The notes: a model not told the origin generated them from the sequence alone. Shown: positions 8,930-60,109, numbered from the stretch's first letter. The stretch: 64,000 nt of DNA from Antedon mediterranea (GCF_964355755.1 NC_092679.1:6850201-6914200); one strand, 5' to 3'. Made by a program: numbers and translations.

Positions 8930-11900
8930 ATGACTGAATCTAAAACCAAGATAGGACCAAGAAAACGAGTTGCAAAGAACAGAAAGAAAGCATGGCGAAA
9001 ACATAGTAATATCAAAGATGTAGAAGAATTTCTTGAAGATCAAAGATTACAGCAAAGAACAGGGTATGTTCGTCAAATATGCTGGACGTTGCTAGCTAGG
9101 CTTACAATCTATACGGAAAAAGGTGCTATGCCAGCCGATAAACACAACTCCAGAGGGGAAGGGGTCGGTTCACCCCGGAAAATTGACAATTACAGTATTA
9201 AACTGTACTTGATTTAGACCTATCGTAGTTTTGGCTATATTGAAAAATAGTTAATGATAGTACTAGTAGGCCTAATGTAATAGTTAGTAACAGTAGATAG
9301 CAAGAACAAGTAAACAACAAGTATAAAATAATATAAACTAAACTTGAAATGATTCTGATGATCTTCCTTTTTTTTTACAGTGGTTTGGTGTCAGAGAAGA
9401 CTGATGATAAATTGTTTTTTGTGGAATCTAAGCCTATTGTTGAAGAAGGTATACATTCTCACAAGTACAGTAGATCAAGCACCATCCATACATCACAACA
9501 TTATTAGCTAATTTAATAAAATGGATATTATCTCTTTTTTAATTAGGATTTGTTCCAAACAATTTGATTACATTTAAACAAATACGAATAATCATTATAA
9601 TTTTATAGAACCTCTAAGAGGTAAAAGAAAGAGGAAGGCACAAATTGAGAAGCCGCTGAAATGTCATCGAAACCTCCGGCCGAATCCATCAATATCACCA
9701 GTACACAGGTCAGTTAAAATTTAGTGCGAACTACTTTACTGTACAAAGTCCTCGACTAATTTAAATAATAATAATATAAAATTAATAAAATGTTTATTTT
9801 TGTATTTCTTATGAATATTCAGTCCAACATACAAGAAACCTTTCAAGAAGAATAAAAGAACATTGGAGAAAGAAGAAGCAGAAAGAAAAGGAATAATTGG
9901 TCCAGTAAAGAAACAAAGACTGCAAAGTGCTGCTCAACAAAAAAAGAAGTATCAACAAAACAGACAAGAAGCGGTCAAAGCAAGAGAGAATGGAAGGCAG
10001 CAGTATGATTTGTGGTCGGGTAAGTCTATACACGCATTGCTTGTATCCTTGGGCAAGAGACTTTACTTTAGGTTTGCCTCTCTCCACCCAGGTGTACAAA
10101 TGGGAACCCGTTTAGATCAAGACACAACTTTGCACTGATTACTATCTGAATTTATGGGAGTATGTTTCCATTATGTGTTTGACCAGGGTGATAATATGTA
10201 CAGCGCTTAGAGGTTTCACAACATTAGGCGCTTTATAAATCAAGGCTATTATTATTTATAACTATTTTTTTTAAGTTAACTGATTCTTTTCCATACAGGT
10301 GGAGAAATCGATAATGTGCAATCTCCTGATGATGGTGGACACTTTGTAACTATTACAAGGAAAAGACGTGTAAAGGTTAATATGTTTATACATAGTACAT
10401 GTTATTGCTTATCAATACTTTATTGGCCTAATTTTGTTGAAGTGTCATAGTTGCAGTGTATATTAGATATTATTAGAAATGAAATGAACTAAATTGAATT
10501 ATTAAGGGTATAATGAAGTGATCAATTTTGTTTAGTGTCGACGTCAACACCTTTCTAAAACACCAGTACCAGAGTCTGAGATGGTGCCAGCAGGAGGATC
10601 ATATAACCCCTCTTTTGAGGATCATCAGGTGAGTTTCAAATCTCCTTTTCTTTGTAGAGTGTTCTAGGATGCTAAGCTCTAGAGAGCAAATGGTTTATAT
10701 GTGGCTGCGACACTATCAGTTCCACGCCCCTTAACAGACACTGCGCCCTAGAGAATGTATTTACATTGTACAGTACTGTTGGTGTTTGCCAGACATAAGA
10801 TCAAAGGACTGTTACGAGTTCCTATCTTGGCAAGGGTTACTATCTTGGCTCAGTGTCCTGTTAGATTGCTGTATTTGACTTATTTATAAAATGTGAATCT
10901 GCTATCAATGTAATGAATTTATAAATTAATGTTTTAAATTTTATTTTTAAGAATTTGTTACAAGATGCTTTTGTGGAAGCTGTAGCTTGTGAGAAGAAAG
11001 AAGAAAAACTTAAAAGATGGCATGCATTCTCAACAGTAGATGCTAATGAACAACAGGTACTAATAAGTGGAGGTTATGAGCGCTATTTGGTTAAACCCAG
11101 GGACCCTGGAGCTTACAGGGGCTCCTGAGCAGAGCCCAGAGGAAACAACAGACTTTAAAATATGTTGAAAAAAGTTAGACATCTAAGGCATCCAGCGTTA
11201 CAGGGTCACTTAGGGTTCCTGAACTAGGGGCCTAAAAGTACTGTAGCCACTGGTACTACAGTCATTTTCTACTGTTGGTGAAGGCAACTTTTTATATTTA
11301 TGCTAAATACAGAATAGAAGACTAGATTAATAAAGGGTATTTTAATCCTTTTCGTTTAAGACAAATTGGTTGAATGAAATGTCTGAGGGGCTATTTAATG
11401 CTGATGGTGAAAAACAAAATATTTCTACCAAAGACGGGAATGCAGATGATGATAATGTTGGCAAAACAAGCAAGAAGAAAACTCGTCTTCAACGGCAAAA
11501 AGAAGCCAAATTGAAACAAATGGTATTTAAAAATATTAAATATTTTAATAATATATTATTTTTACAGTATAACCATTATATACAATTGTGAGAAGAAATT
11601 TTATATTAATTATTGAAAGACATATTTAGCCAGCCTATACTAAACCTAAATCAATGTATTTAAAAATAATATTTAAAGAAAGATATTAAGTATTAGAAAG
11701 TATTAAAGACAGTATAACTATTATTAATAAATATAGTATTATACAATTATATAAGTCAGAAGCAGGCCTAATATTAGTTATGAAACAGACTTTGATAGCC
11801 TAGGCTACGCTAAGCTAATGCCAAAGTAGAGACCTAGCCAACTAGCTTTATTGGGCCTAGCTAGGCCTACTAAGCTAGGCTTACAGTACTCTAAGAGACT

Positions 11901-13472
11901 TACCTTCTTTGCTTGGCCCAGCCTACTGAACTTAGGCCTAGGTTAGGCCTAGTAATGGTTTTATCTTCTTGGTTTGTATTGCTGGATTGCTATTTGGATT
12001 GCTTTATAGTCACTCTATAAATGTTTGAAGTTTAGACACTAACAATTAAGCAGCAAATATTAATTTCCAGGCAATTCTTTGGTAATAGTCCATCCAATTT
12101 GTAGCCACTGTCACACTTCTGGCTGGCAGACTATACTCAACTGAAAGTGACTTTCAACCAATCAGAGAGCTTTATTATTTGAAACAAAACAATTCATACA
12201 TGGAGACAGTACTTCCTGTTTTTGAATGAATATATCAACATCTTTTTTTTTATCTTGCTTTCTTTTATTTAATATTTTTTTATTTGTACATTGTGATTGG
12301 TGAATATTTCAGTGGCTCAGTATCTATTTTGGAATCAATTAATATGAATGCATTAAAATCCAAAATATATTACTATAATATTATTATGATTGACAGGAAG
12401 ATAAAATACAAAAAGGAAAGGATGATAATATTAAGATGCATCAAGTTTATCGATTGAAAGCCATAAAAAATGAAATAAAACAGAGAGAAGATCTAATGAA
12501 TCAGAAAAAATCCAAGAGGTTGGCAATTAAGAAGCAACAAGCAAATCAGACGAAACAAATCGGGCCACATAAGTATCCTTTACTATTTAAATGAGCCACT
12601 TACCACATGTATAATATAGCTTCTCATAGAAGGGAATATTGGGTGCTGTATATGGAGCTGGGGTCCCATTGGGTATTTGAAATCAGCACTGCTGAATCTT
12701 ATGGCAGCCCCTGCATCTAGTATATGCCTCAGACACATTGGCCCATGCCTTTTCTGTGGTCAAGGTAGGCACTGGACGAGAAGCCCTTGATCAATGATAG
12801 GACCAGTCAAGGTGCTTTAAACCGCATCAATGAAATAACCCAAGTTTTATAATATAGATTCCTTAATTTTGTTCAGATATGAGCCTGCTCCAATAACGTT
12901 TAAATTGAGTGAAGAACTGGTTTCCAGCTTAAGGGAATTTAAGGTTTGTTAAACACTAATCATTTTTTAAAATATTTTTAAACCGGGTGTAAGAAGGCAG
13001 TACACTCAGCCCTTATGTTTTGCACTAATACTATTGCTATTTTAACAATTATAATTTAAATATTTTTCACAGCCAGAGCAAGATGGGCTGAAGGAACGTT
13101 ACAAGGAATATGAAAGACGTAACATGATAGAACCAAGAATATGGAGAAGGTACTACTTTGCTTGTCTCACAGCATACACAGTGTTCTTCTTGGGAATAAT
13201 GCTCTGTCTACACTATCAAACTTTATGTGACAAAAAAATGTGCCAATATATGGACATGATGATGTCATATCACTACCATATTTGGGCACATCACACTTTT
13301 TTGTGAGGGTGGAATATTTTATTTTTAAATTAACTAGGAAAGACCTTTAGGAACAGTTTCAATTTCAGCATATAAAAATTGATTCATTTTTCTTTTTTTC
13401 AGAGGAACAAAACCAAATTTGAAAACCGTACAAAAACGAAGTCACAGAGTAGACGCAGAGGATGACAATTAG
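8930..13472 (+). CDS. NOP53: Ribosome biogenesis protein NOP53 (GLTSCR2/PICT1), 12 coding exons
   Basis: Exons 8930-9063, 9381-9448, 9609-9708, 9823-10019, 10299-10375, 10536-10628, 10952-11056, 11361-11522, 12397-12572, 12877-12943, 13073-13149, 13403-13472. Motifs RKKAWRKHSNIKDVEEFLEDQR, KLFFVE, GGSYNPSFEDHQ, RNMIEPR; splice phases are consistent. Confidence 0.95.
10036..10256 (+). mobile_element. SINE (CORE/Meta-like central domain with L2-type 3' tail); reverse tail fragment at about 55160-55220
   Basis: TCCTTGGGCAAGAGACTTTAC...CTCTCCACCCAGGTGTACAAATGGG core, and a CAGCGCTTAGAG...GGCGCTTTATAAAT..TATTATT tail. Confidence 0.7.
12573..12876 (+). other. U12-type (minor spliceosome) GT-AG intron in NOP53
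   Basis: 5' site GTATCCTTT, branch site TTCCTTAAT at 12859-12867 close to the 3' AG; the flanking exons join in frame (HK|YE). Confidence 0.9.
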
Positions 13473-14893
13473 TTTTTACAGTTTTATTCACATGAAGTGT
13501 ATTAAATAGCAAAAAGCTAACCATCAATCCAGATTCTAAGGGTGCAGTTATTAGGCAGCTTTTGATTTGCGATGACCAAACTATGTCATGTTGATTCACT
13601 GTGCATATTATATACATTATTTTATTATTATACATTATACACAGTTTTTGATCCAGCTGACGACACGACTGGTAGGTCATCCCAAATCAAAATCTCCCTA
13701 TAATTATTATAACTTAATTACTGCTTAAATCAACTGAATACCGTTATTTTGAGTCGTAAAAATAAAATAATGCATTTCATGTGTTTTATAATAATGTCTT
13801 GTCAGTTGGAAGACCATGTCTCACGCACATGTAATAAAACTATACAACTAAGACACAAAACAATCCGTAGCTCCTATAAATAAAAATATCAAGGTATCTT
13901 AACACCTTGACCCTGCTGCTAGCATTGAGATATCATGCATGCATTGTTTACATTGTCCTTTTTTAAATACAGCCACCAACAGGATAAAAAAAAAAATTCA
14001 CCATACGCAGCACCGAGTTGATATATAATACACCAAGCACTCTTTGTAGAATTCTAATGTCCGTTTTAAATAAATCAACTAAAATTAAAAGCAAACCAAA
14101 TAGCTATATTTGCCCTGCAATATACCATTAAATTAACCATGATTTTTAATGTTAGTTCCTGGAGTACATATCATTTTCAAATGTAAGGATATAAAAAGAA
14201 AAGCAAGCATTCTACTTAAATGTCTTAAATAAATTCACTGTATATTATATATAAGAGTATTGGGTGAAAACTAATTCTCACTTCTTGTCCAATTAAATCA
14301 CACACAGCCACACACTCCATGCTTTTTTGTTTTTGTCTAAATCTTAGTTTGTACTAAATCTCCCCTGGAAATAGATATCCAGCATCACTTATGGCCCTAA
14401 ATATATCAACCAACGATGTTGTATATCTATTAAGTACACACACACACGCACACAAATATTACCATTGGTGTTAATTTATCTAGTAATTTATTCATAATTA
14501 ATTACTTTATATTCAAATTTTTTCAACATGATTTCTGTATGTATGTCATTACTTAATCAGCAGTTTTACCAAACGTTAAAATTCATTTACAAGCAACTTT
14601 AAAGATAAAAAATGTTATTAACAAAGATGAAATAGCAATTGTTTTTCGCCCTCCAATTAAAGACCAAATCTTTACACGTAATATAAATTATCTAAGCTGC
14701 CACACCGCACCCAAAAGAGGTCTTTAACCGGAAGAAAGATTTCGTACTTAAAATAGCAGATTAGAGAAAAGCGCAAGTTGATGTTCATATACATTTTAGC
14801 AACAGCAGTAGTTGGTGAAACGATTACATAAAAGCAAAGGGTCCGCACAAGGTCCAATATGGCAGAAATGGTTTATGAACAATAGATGATGAA

Positions 14894-51362
<36,469 letters not shown>

Positions 51363-53313
51363 TATTATCCTCAGTTTTGGCAGCAATTCATAATCAAGTC
51401 ACAGATTTCAAAATGATATAAATAAGGTTGTTCCTATCTTCTCAGAAATTGAGTCATTGCAGCAAGGCCTAGGCCTCTGCTAGGCTTAAGCAAGTGCTGC
51501 TATATGGTGGTAAAAAAGGTGACAAAAAAGGGCCTAAAAGATATCGACACTTTGTGATTGCCACTCCCTTTAATTAGACGAACGGTTCTTGCAAACTAAG
51601 AACTGTAACACTTTCCATTTATATAATACATTATAATACAAATTGTACAAATAAATCTTCCCTTTTTACAAAAATAAATAAGTTATCGAACGTCAACAAT
51701 CAATAAACAAAAAAGTGAAACTTCTGAACTCGTTCAACCGTCTACTCTCAGCAGACAGATGTGCGGTGGTGCTTCGGGGTCCGAACTTCCGAAAGGATGT
51801 GTACGCAGCCGACGATGCGTAGGGTATCCTCAATGTTTAGTTGTTCCGTGCAAGTAAATGAATGCTTCCTATTAATTTCACATTAGAACACAGTATTGTC
51901 ATTTATTTTCAAGTACACCATATCATCCTTTTAGATATTACGTTGCAATTAACAAAGTTAAACAACTTTTTTCCTACATTTGGGTGCTTCTATCGCACCG
52001 AAAGAATGACAATCAGGAAGAAGAAAGATGGCTGTTGACGAGAGCATTGTGGGTGCTTTACATTCCGAATTATACGCATGTGCAATGAGTGTGTTGAGGA
52101 GGAAAAAGTTATTATTTTTTTATACCATAAAATTCTTTAAATACATGAATTGTCTAAAGAAAAGAATATATCAAGCATGTGAGATTGTTTTCAATTTACA
52201 GAGAGGAAGTAAAATGAAGTGAAATAGTCAGATTTTGATATGACATCATAAAAAAGATTATCATTTTCTTTATTTTATTTTAAAGATATTTATATTAATT
52301 ATTAATATATTATTATTTTTCTGGCTGTTTACTTTATCGTTTTGATTTAGCTTTTCGCTTTTTATTTTTGTATCTCCATTGAGATCCAGCCACTGATACC
52401 CACAGCATTGTCATTTTTTTCAGTAATTTGCCTTTGGAATTATTATTAAATTAATATATTTTCCCCCAGGAAATATAATTTTAAAACAAGATGTGTTTGA
52501 ATATGCCATTTTAACGCCACATAGTTATCACTTTGACCCAAAATTGATCAAAACTAAATTATTTACCTGCAACCTTTATCTAACGCAAAAAAAGTCTTGA
52601 CTGCCCGCCGCCCGTTTGTTTTTTTTAGGCCTAACTGTTTATTTACGAACGCTTTTTATAAGGGAAAAGTAATACTATTCCTGGGTTTTTCCGGAAGTGA
52701 TTTTAACTTAAACTACAAAATGGCCTAATAAAAAATTACTGATTTTATTTTTAATCAAATAATATTCATTTTATTTTTGAGGAACAATATCTCTTTTTTA
52801 AATAACCTTTTTTTAAATATGTTAATTGTAGATTGGGATTTCAAGTGTACAATTATGTATATGTACATGCATGCCATGGGCTATAATAGCTAAGTAGGCC
52901 TATTTTAAATGTATAAATGTATTTATCGTTGCCGCCTAGGCCTAGAAGAACCAAATTTCAAAAAATTCATTTTTGACGAATAAACTTTATATGCCTATGT
53001 CTATGTTTAAACACATTGGGTTGAGGAAATAAAAATAAATTTAAGTCGGAAAACGCACGCATTTGATAGTTTTTGTAATTAGGCATCATTGGTGGCGCCC
53101 TTTCCAGAAACCTTATCATTGACCTTTGACATTATATTGTTTTTATTGTTGTTGCCTGTGTTGTTTTGGTGCGGGGAGATTACGTTTGGCTGGTGTAATA
53201 GTTGGCAATCTGTCATAAAGAAATGCCATAAAATGATGGTGTTGCAACTGTTATAATTATTCTGATGAATTGGTGTTTTTGTTGACTAACTAGATCAGTG
53301 CCTACTCCTGAAA
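51363..53313. promoter_or_regulatory. Divergent promoter/5' UTR region shared by MRCK and GTPBP2
   Basis: Head-to-head start codons about 1.95 kb apart, CpG-enriched patches, ETS motif CCGGAAGT at 52691-52698. Confidence 0.55.
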
Positions 53314-56300
53314 ATGGAGGTTGATAAACAGAAATTAGACTTGGAAAGTAAATCGGCGGTTGAAACCTTGACGGCGGGCTCAGCTGATGACAGCAGGATG
53401 GATAATTTACCGCCCGAGGTTGGTAGGCCCTTCTTGCTGTACTAGCCTACTATAGAGGCGGATGGTTAACTGCCACACAGATTTCTGGGCCTAGCTAGTA
53501 TTGTTTTGCAAACGTTACATTGTTATTATTGATAGGATGTTATATAAAATAAGCCCTCTCTATATATATTATTAGTATTATTACTTCACAATACTATCGA
53601 TCGAAATTTCATCCAGGACAGTTTTTAGTTATAGAATTCTTGTTAATACAAAAGTATTCTTAATTTTTAGGTGGAAGAAGGAAATATTGAATATAAGGTA
53701 GGTGACGTGTTGCAGTCTTGTACTTAATAATAAAAAGTAATTAATAATAATATTATTTTGGATGAATGGATGCAGAATTTTTGTTTAACGGGGGAGCGCT
53801 AGCATATAATATTAAAATAGTAATGATATCAAAAAGTAGTACAATTTATTTTAGCTGTCAAGCACTAGGCCTGGATCTGCCCCTTGTTATACCAGCGTAT
53901 TGTCATCCGATTAGTTATATTTTTACAGAAACTTCTCAATTCATTTTTATTAAAGACAAATTCTCCACCCAAAATGTACTTGTACAATATAGAATAAATG
54001 TGTGTTTTTTTTTGTATAGTTAAAACTCATCAATCCATCTGCCTGCCGATTTGAGCATCTTGTTACACAAATGAAATGGAGGCTGCGAGAGGGCCATGGA
54101 GAAGCAATCTATGAAATTGGAGTGGAGGACAGTGGCCTGTTGGCGGGATTGAATGACGTTGACCTCCAAGCATCTCTTCATACACTACGTAGAATGGCTC
54201 AAAAGTAAGTTCTGTGACATAGGCTACAGAGAGGACTGGTACTGGTAATACTATATGACCTAAAGTAAAGTTTTTTTATTGATTTATTGACTGGTATATC
54301 TTTATTCAAAAATGAAAACAACAAATTTACAAAAACAAAATTCATAAAATATAGCAGCATATAGGGACGCATGCGTCCCAAGCTGAATTGCATTTCATGA
54401 TAACATTAAAATAAGTGATTACAATTTAAAAAAAAAAAAAAAAAAGGATCGAGGGGCGCAACTCACAAATTAAATTCGTTTTAAATCAAATTATCAGAAC
54501 ATTATAGCATACTGAAACTTCTAAATGATATTTGTGCGCTAAATGTTGAATTTTATTTTATAGACTTGGAGCTACAATTACCATTTTACGTCAACGAGTT
54601 GTTAGCGATTGTCAAGTTGACAAGAAAACGGCATGTGAAGTGTTGGTTCGTAAGGTTCCTGATGATCAGCCGGTAATATATATATTTATATTATTATTAT
54701 TAGAGATAATTACAGTACTGTACTTTGAAACACTTTAGACAGTTTTTGTTATTTTGTCTGAAAACTTTGTTTATTTTAGTGACAATACAAGGCCCATTAT
54801 TCATAGAGTTGTGAAAGATTGGTTTGAAGTGGAAATATTAATTAAAGACACAAAAGATTATTTAAAAAATAGAAAAAAATAGGACAACAATTAATTAAAT
54901 TTGTAACACACACTTGTATTATTTGTTTAGTTTATTGATCTAAAACTTGCTGTTCTTGGTAATGTGGATGGAGGAAAAAGCACACTGCTGGGTGTGTTGA
55001 CTCAGGGAGAACTGGATAATGGTCGAGGGCGAGCTAGGCTTAACTTATTCCGACACTTGCATGAAATCCAATCAGGAAGAACATCCAGTATTAGTCATGA
55101 GATGCTGGGCTTCAACAGCGAGGGAGAGGTCTTTAAATTTGTTTCTTTTATTTCAATCAATAATAATAATAATATCCTGGATTTATATAGCGCCTAATGT
55201 GAAACCTCTAAGCGCTGAACATTGTTACCCCATCTTTGTTTGGATCAAACACGTATGGAAACATATTTCCAATTAGAGGAAGACGCAACGTAACAAAATT
55301 TCCTTCCAATAATTGTGTTTTTCTCCTGCTTGTTGCACGTCAATGTTAGTTGCCGTAGATTTTGGCTTGGTTCACCCTGCGTACTTGGCTATGCGCTGTA
55401 CTATGTTTTCCAGTGTCCTTGCGTTGTTGCATGAAATCAAACTTTGCGTAGATGCGTCGCTGCATTCTAGTGGAAATCACGCTTAAGCATATTGTAACAT
55501 ACCTGTAGTCTATTACCCCCTTCAAATTACCTATCAAAACTCTGGATTAACATTAAGGTAACCGTTTGTCAGTGATACATCCAATTTTTCCTATTTGGGG
55601 CTCACTTTGATTTTTTGGGTTTTTTTTAGGTGATTACCAGTGGTGACACTCAGAAAGGATGTTTAACTGCAGAGGAGATATGTTCCAATGCTAGTAAGTT
55701 AATAACGTTGATTGATCTAGCTGGCCACCAGAAATACATCAAAACAACTATATGTGGTCTTACAGGATATTCACCAGATTTTGCAATGCTTGTAATAAGT
55801 GCAAACACTGGTATTGGTAAGTTGACTAAAGCTTCGTCTACACTATCAAATTAGTTTGACAAAAAAAAGTGTAATGTGCGCAAATATGGTAGTGATTTGC
55901 CAAAATATGGTAGTGATATGATGTCATTGTCTCCATATATAGGCACATCACATTTTTTGTCAGATGTTTAAAGATGTATTGCCTCCCTAAAATCATGAAA
56001 AATGAAGATTAATTAAATCAGACTTTGCATAGGCCATTTTGTAGTTTTAATTACGTTATTCACAAAAATAATTATTTCATTTATAAATAAGTTTTTGTTG
56101 TTTATTAATATTGATTCGAACATTTTATTCTTAGCTGGAACAACCAAAGAACACTTGGGCGTTGCCATGGCATTACATGTACCAATCTTTGTCGTTGTTA
56201 CCAAAATTGACATGTGTTCAAATTCCATGTTGCTACGTTGCATGACGCAGCTTCATCGGCTACTAACAGGACTTGGTTGCAAGAAAGTGCCATATGATGT

Positions 56301-59051
56301 CCAGTGCATTGATGATGCTGTTACTGCAGCTGTCAATTTCAATCAAGGAAGGTAGGTACAATATGATCATGTGATCTCTTCTTTAAAGATGTATTGTCCC
56401 CCAAAAAAATGAAGATTAATAAAATCAGACTTTAAATAAGTCATTTTGCAGTTTTAATAAAGTTATTTACATTTTTTTAAAAATAATTATTCCACTTATA
56501 AAAGGACAAAAGAAACAGTTAATTTTAACCAAACACCATTGTCTGACAGACAATTAGTAGTAGTATTAGTATTTTTTGCTTTGAATTAAATTTTTTTCAT
56601 GTAAATAATTTTTTTTCAATCCAGTTTTTGGTAGAGGTGAATAGCAATTATACTGGGCATATCACTACCATATTTGGGTATATCAAACTTTTTTATCAAA
56701 CTAGTTTGATAGTGTAGACAGAGCTACGTCTACATGTTGGTCCTCAAATAAGCGCAATTTAATGAACCAAATTGTTTAATTTCAGTATATGTCCAATATT
56801 CCAAGTGTCCAGTGTTACTGGAGAAAACCTTGATATGCTAAAGAAGTTCCTCCATGTTGTTCCTCCACTGCACACAACACACGAACAAGAGAAACTTATA
56901 CAAGAGCATGCAGAATTCCAAGTAAGTGTACCATAAGTTGATTCCATTATACTGATAATAAATATCCAAAGATATTATGTTTAAGCTGTTTTTTATTCTC
57001 TTTTCAGATAGATGAGGTATTTAATGTACCACATGTAGGTACGGTTGTTGGAGGCTCGCTATTAAGGTACTATAAACATTAAACTTCTTTATCAATCTCA
57101 ATACAAGAAACAAGCAAACTATTATTTAGGAACAGCAGATGAACGAGTCTCAAGAGCAAAATACTATAATATTATGTAAATAACGTTTAAAGTTTATCTT
57201 GAGAGGCCAAAATAATATGTTTATTTTCTATTTAACTTTTAAGCTCTGTCTACAATATCAATCTTTATGTCATGTGCCCATATATGGACATGATGATGCC
57301 ATATCACTACCATATTTAAGCATATCACTACCATATTTGGGCAATAACACTTTTTTTTTCAAACTAGTTTGATAGTGTAGACAGAGCTTTAAACATCTAA
57401 TAATTAAATATTACACAATTTTGAACATTAGAGTTACTCTAAACATGTTAACTTTTACAGGGGCATTGTGAGAGAGCATGATGAACTACTACTAGGTCCT
57501 TCTGAAAATGGCAATTTCAAAATGGTTGAGATAACTAGTATACACCGCAACAGATCACCATGTCGCATCGTTAGGCCAGGCCAAGCTGCCTCCTTATCTC
57601 TTAAAGAAATCGATAGATCAGTTTTAAGAAAGGTACGATTGTTAATCAATTTGATTTTACAGAGAATAAGTTTTTAAACAATAATATTTAAATAAAAGCA
57701 CATTTTTCTATAAAGTTTAATGTGCACTGTTGAACTGCAGCCCAATCTAATGTGCCCATATATATAACTACCATTAAGTTTATCACTACCATATTTGGGC
57801 ATATCACAATTTTTTTGTCAAACTAGTTTGATAGTGCAAAGCACCATCAAACTTTATGTGACAAAAAAAATGTGATGTGCCCATATATGGACATGATGAT
57901 GTCATATTTCTACCATATTTGGGCACATCACACTTTTTTTCTCAAACTAGTTTGATAGTGTAGACAGCTTTAGTCACATGTTATCATTTACAGTACACAT
58001 AAAATAATAGTATTTCCTAATTTTGTTTAAAACTATTTTCAGGGTCTTGTTCTGTTGAAGGCTGATTTGGAGCCATTTGCTTGTATGGAATTTGAAGCTG
58101 AGATTCTCCTCCTCTATCACACTACAACAATAAGCTGTGGATTTCAAGCCACTATACACATTAGTAATGTGTGTCAAACAGCTACCATTGTACATATGGA
58201 CAAGGTAAATTATCACAGCGACACCTATTAACGGGACACCTTCGACCATTGTTCTGGTGCCGGTAAAACAAATCTTCTCGGATAAGGACTTAAAACTGCA
58301 GGTCCAGTGTACACAACTAGCTCGTGTGCACTTTAAAGAACCTAGTACATCTTTCGAGACGAGTAGGGGGTTACCAATGGTCCAATCAGCCTCTGTCAGT
58401 ATGGACAGACGAACAGGCACCGTTAGGTGGCAGCACTGGACATGAAGGGATCCTTAGGGGAGTAGAAAGTTGTGGTATGTGTCATCCACAACTGTGCGCA
58501 ATTCAGCCCAGTAGACTGCAAGTTGCAGGTTATTCTCCCATGTACATTTTACATGTGGCCATAGTGTTAAGTGTCCCTTTAATAGTATAGGTGTATACTT
58601 AGTGTTCATTTTGTTGTTCACAAAAACAATAATATTTTGTTTCTTAAATATGGTTTTAAAGTTGTCACACTTGTAACCTACCTTACCTCAGGCCGCCATT
58701 TTTTTTTTTAGCTATTCTGGTGGACTATCTTTTGCTGGTTTTAGTCCAGGTTTAGTCCAGGACTAAAGTTAGTCCCCTTTCATGAATACCATTTCAAAAT
58801 AGTCCAGGACTAAATCCAGAGATAATCCAAGACTAAAGTTTCATGAATACGGGCCAAAACGATTAATAATTTTTTTTTCAATATTACAGGAAACTTTGAA
58901 AACAAACGAGAAGGCGACAGTAAAATTCCTTTTTTTTAAACATCCCGAGTATTTACGAGTTGGCTCACGGCTGTTCCTGCGAGAAGGCCGAACAAAAGCA
59001 ATGGGTCAAATCACCAAACTAACACCGTTCATTGATGTAGCAGAAAGATGA
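53314..59051 (+). CDS. GTPBP2: GTP-binding protein 2 (translational GTPase), 12 coding exons
   Basis: Exons 53314-53418, 53671-53697, 54020-54204, 54564-54672, 54931-55128, 55630-55816, 56135-56351, 56786-56921, 57008-57066, 57461-57632, 58043-58204, 58890-59051. Motifs [47 protein letters not shown]. Confidence 0.96.
58225..58560 (+). mobile_element. Deu/Nin-domain SINE
   Basis: Same conserved domain as 18155..18415. Confidence 0.7.
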
Positions 59052-59409
59052 CCTAATAGAATATGAACTTTTATTGCATATTATAGCATTATGTGGTTGC
59101 AAAAATAGATTTCCTGTTCCATTTTTAAGCACTGTGTTTTACTTGGATTTTAGATACACCATTTCAATTTAAATTGTATAAAAAACAGCATAAATATTAA
59201 CTTGTACAGATATTTCACCGGCACTTTGAATTTGTAGATATTAATTTTATATGAAGTGAAAAAATATTAATAATAGTAATGTGGAAAGTGTGTGTTGAAT
59301 AAATAATTTGTATAAATTCATATTGAAAGTTTTTTGAAAATTCATAGTATTCTGTGTGATAACATTATTATATTTCCTTACAACACAGTTAATATGAAAT
59401 ACACATATA

Positions 59410-59620
59410 GTGGAGCTGTAGCTTGGTGGTTAACGTGCTTGCCTGCCAATCTCATAGTCCGGGGTTCAATCCTTAAGTAGTTTCAGGGTTGTAACTCACG
59501 ACTCTTTCAAGTCCACTTCCTAAGCCATAAATGAGACTTAGTTTATAAGCATGATAAATTATTAAATAGTTTATCCATCTTGGAATTTGCGAGTTACTAG
59601 CTGTTGGATGCGTATGAAAT
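59410..59620 (+). mobile_element. tRNA-derived SINE
   Basis: Paralog of 27894..28100 with A and B boxes. Confidence 0.75.
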
Positions 59621-60109
59621 TAACAATTTAAACAAGAAATATTTCTTCCAAAAAACGCTGCTCGACATTTTAAAATTAATCATTGTTTTTTCTTCAGATA
59701 TATTTATGATTAATTATTAAAAAGATGTCTTTTATTCCCACAAATACATACAAATCAAAGATAGTTCTTTAATTATGAATCACATGCCCATTTAAAAATG
59801 GTCAATTTTAAACTTTAATGTGCTGTGTGTGTGTGACCTCATGACCTCATACAACTGAATACCCTCTAGAGACAACATTACTTCAAGCAAAGAGTGATAT
59901 ATATTCTTTGCTTCAAGTGAGAAAATTTATTCCAGTCTGTTGATTTGCGTCAACCAATCAAAGGGCGAGAATCCAAACCCTCATAGACTCTCTTTTCCCA
60001 TAGTTTTTTGGGTCCAGCAGCTGGGATCTATAAATTATAATTTAGTTTACAAATTAGCAAAAACGTCAGCCTCTAGTACTATAACTGCTGCTTGCTTTCA
60101 GCTTATAAA

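Noticed and set aside
10629-10951. Possible H/ACA snoRNA in NOP53 intron 6
   Set aside because: Only weak hairpins and ambiguous H/ACA boxes by eye.
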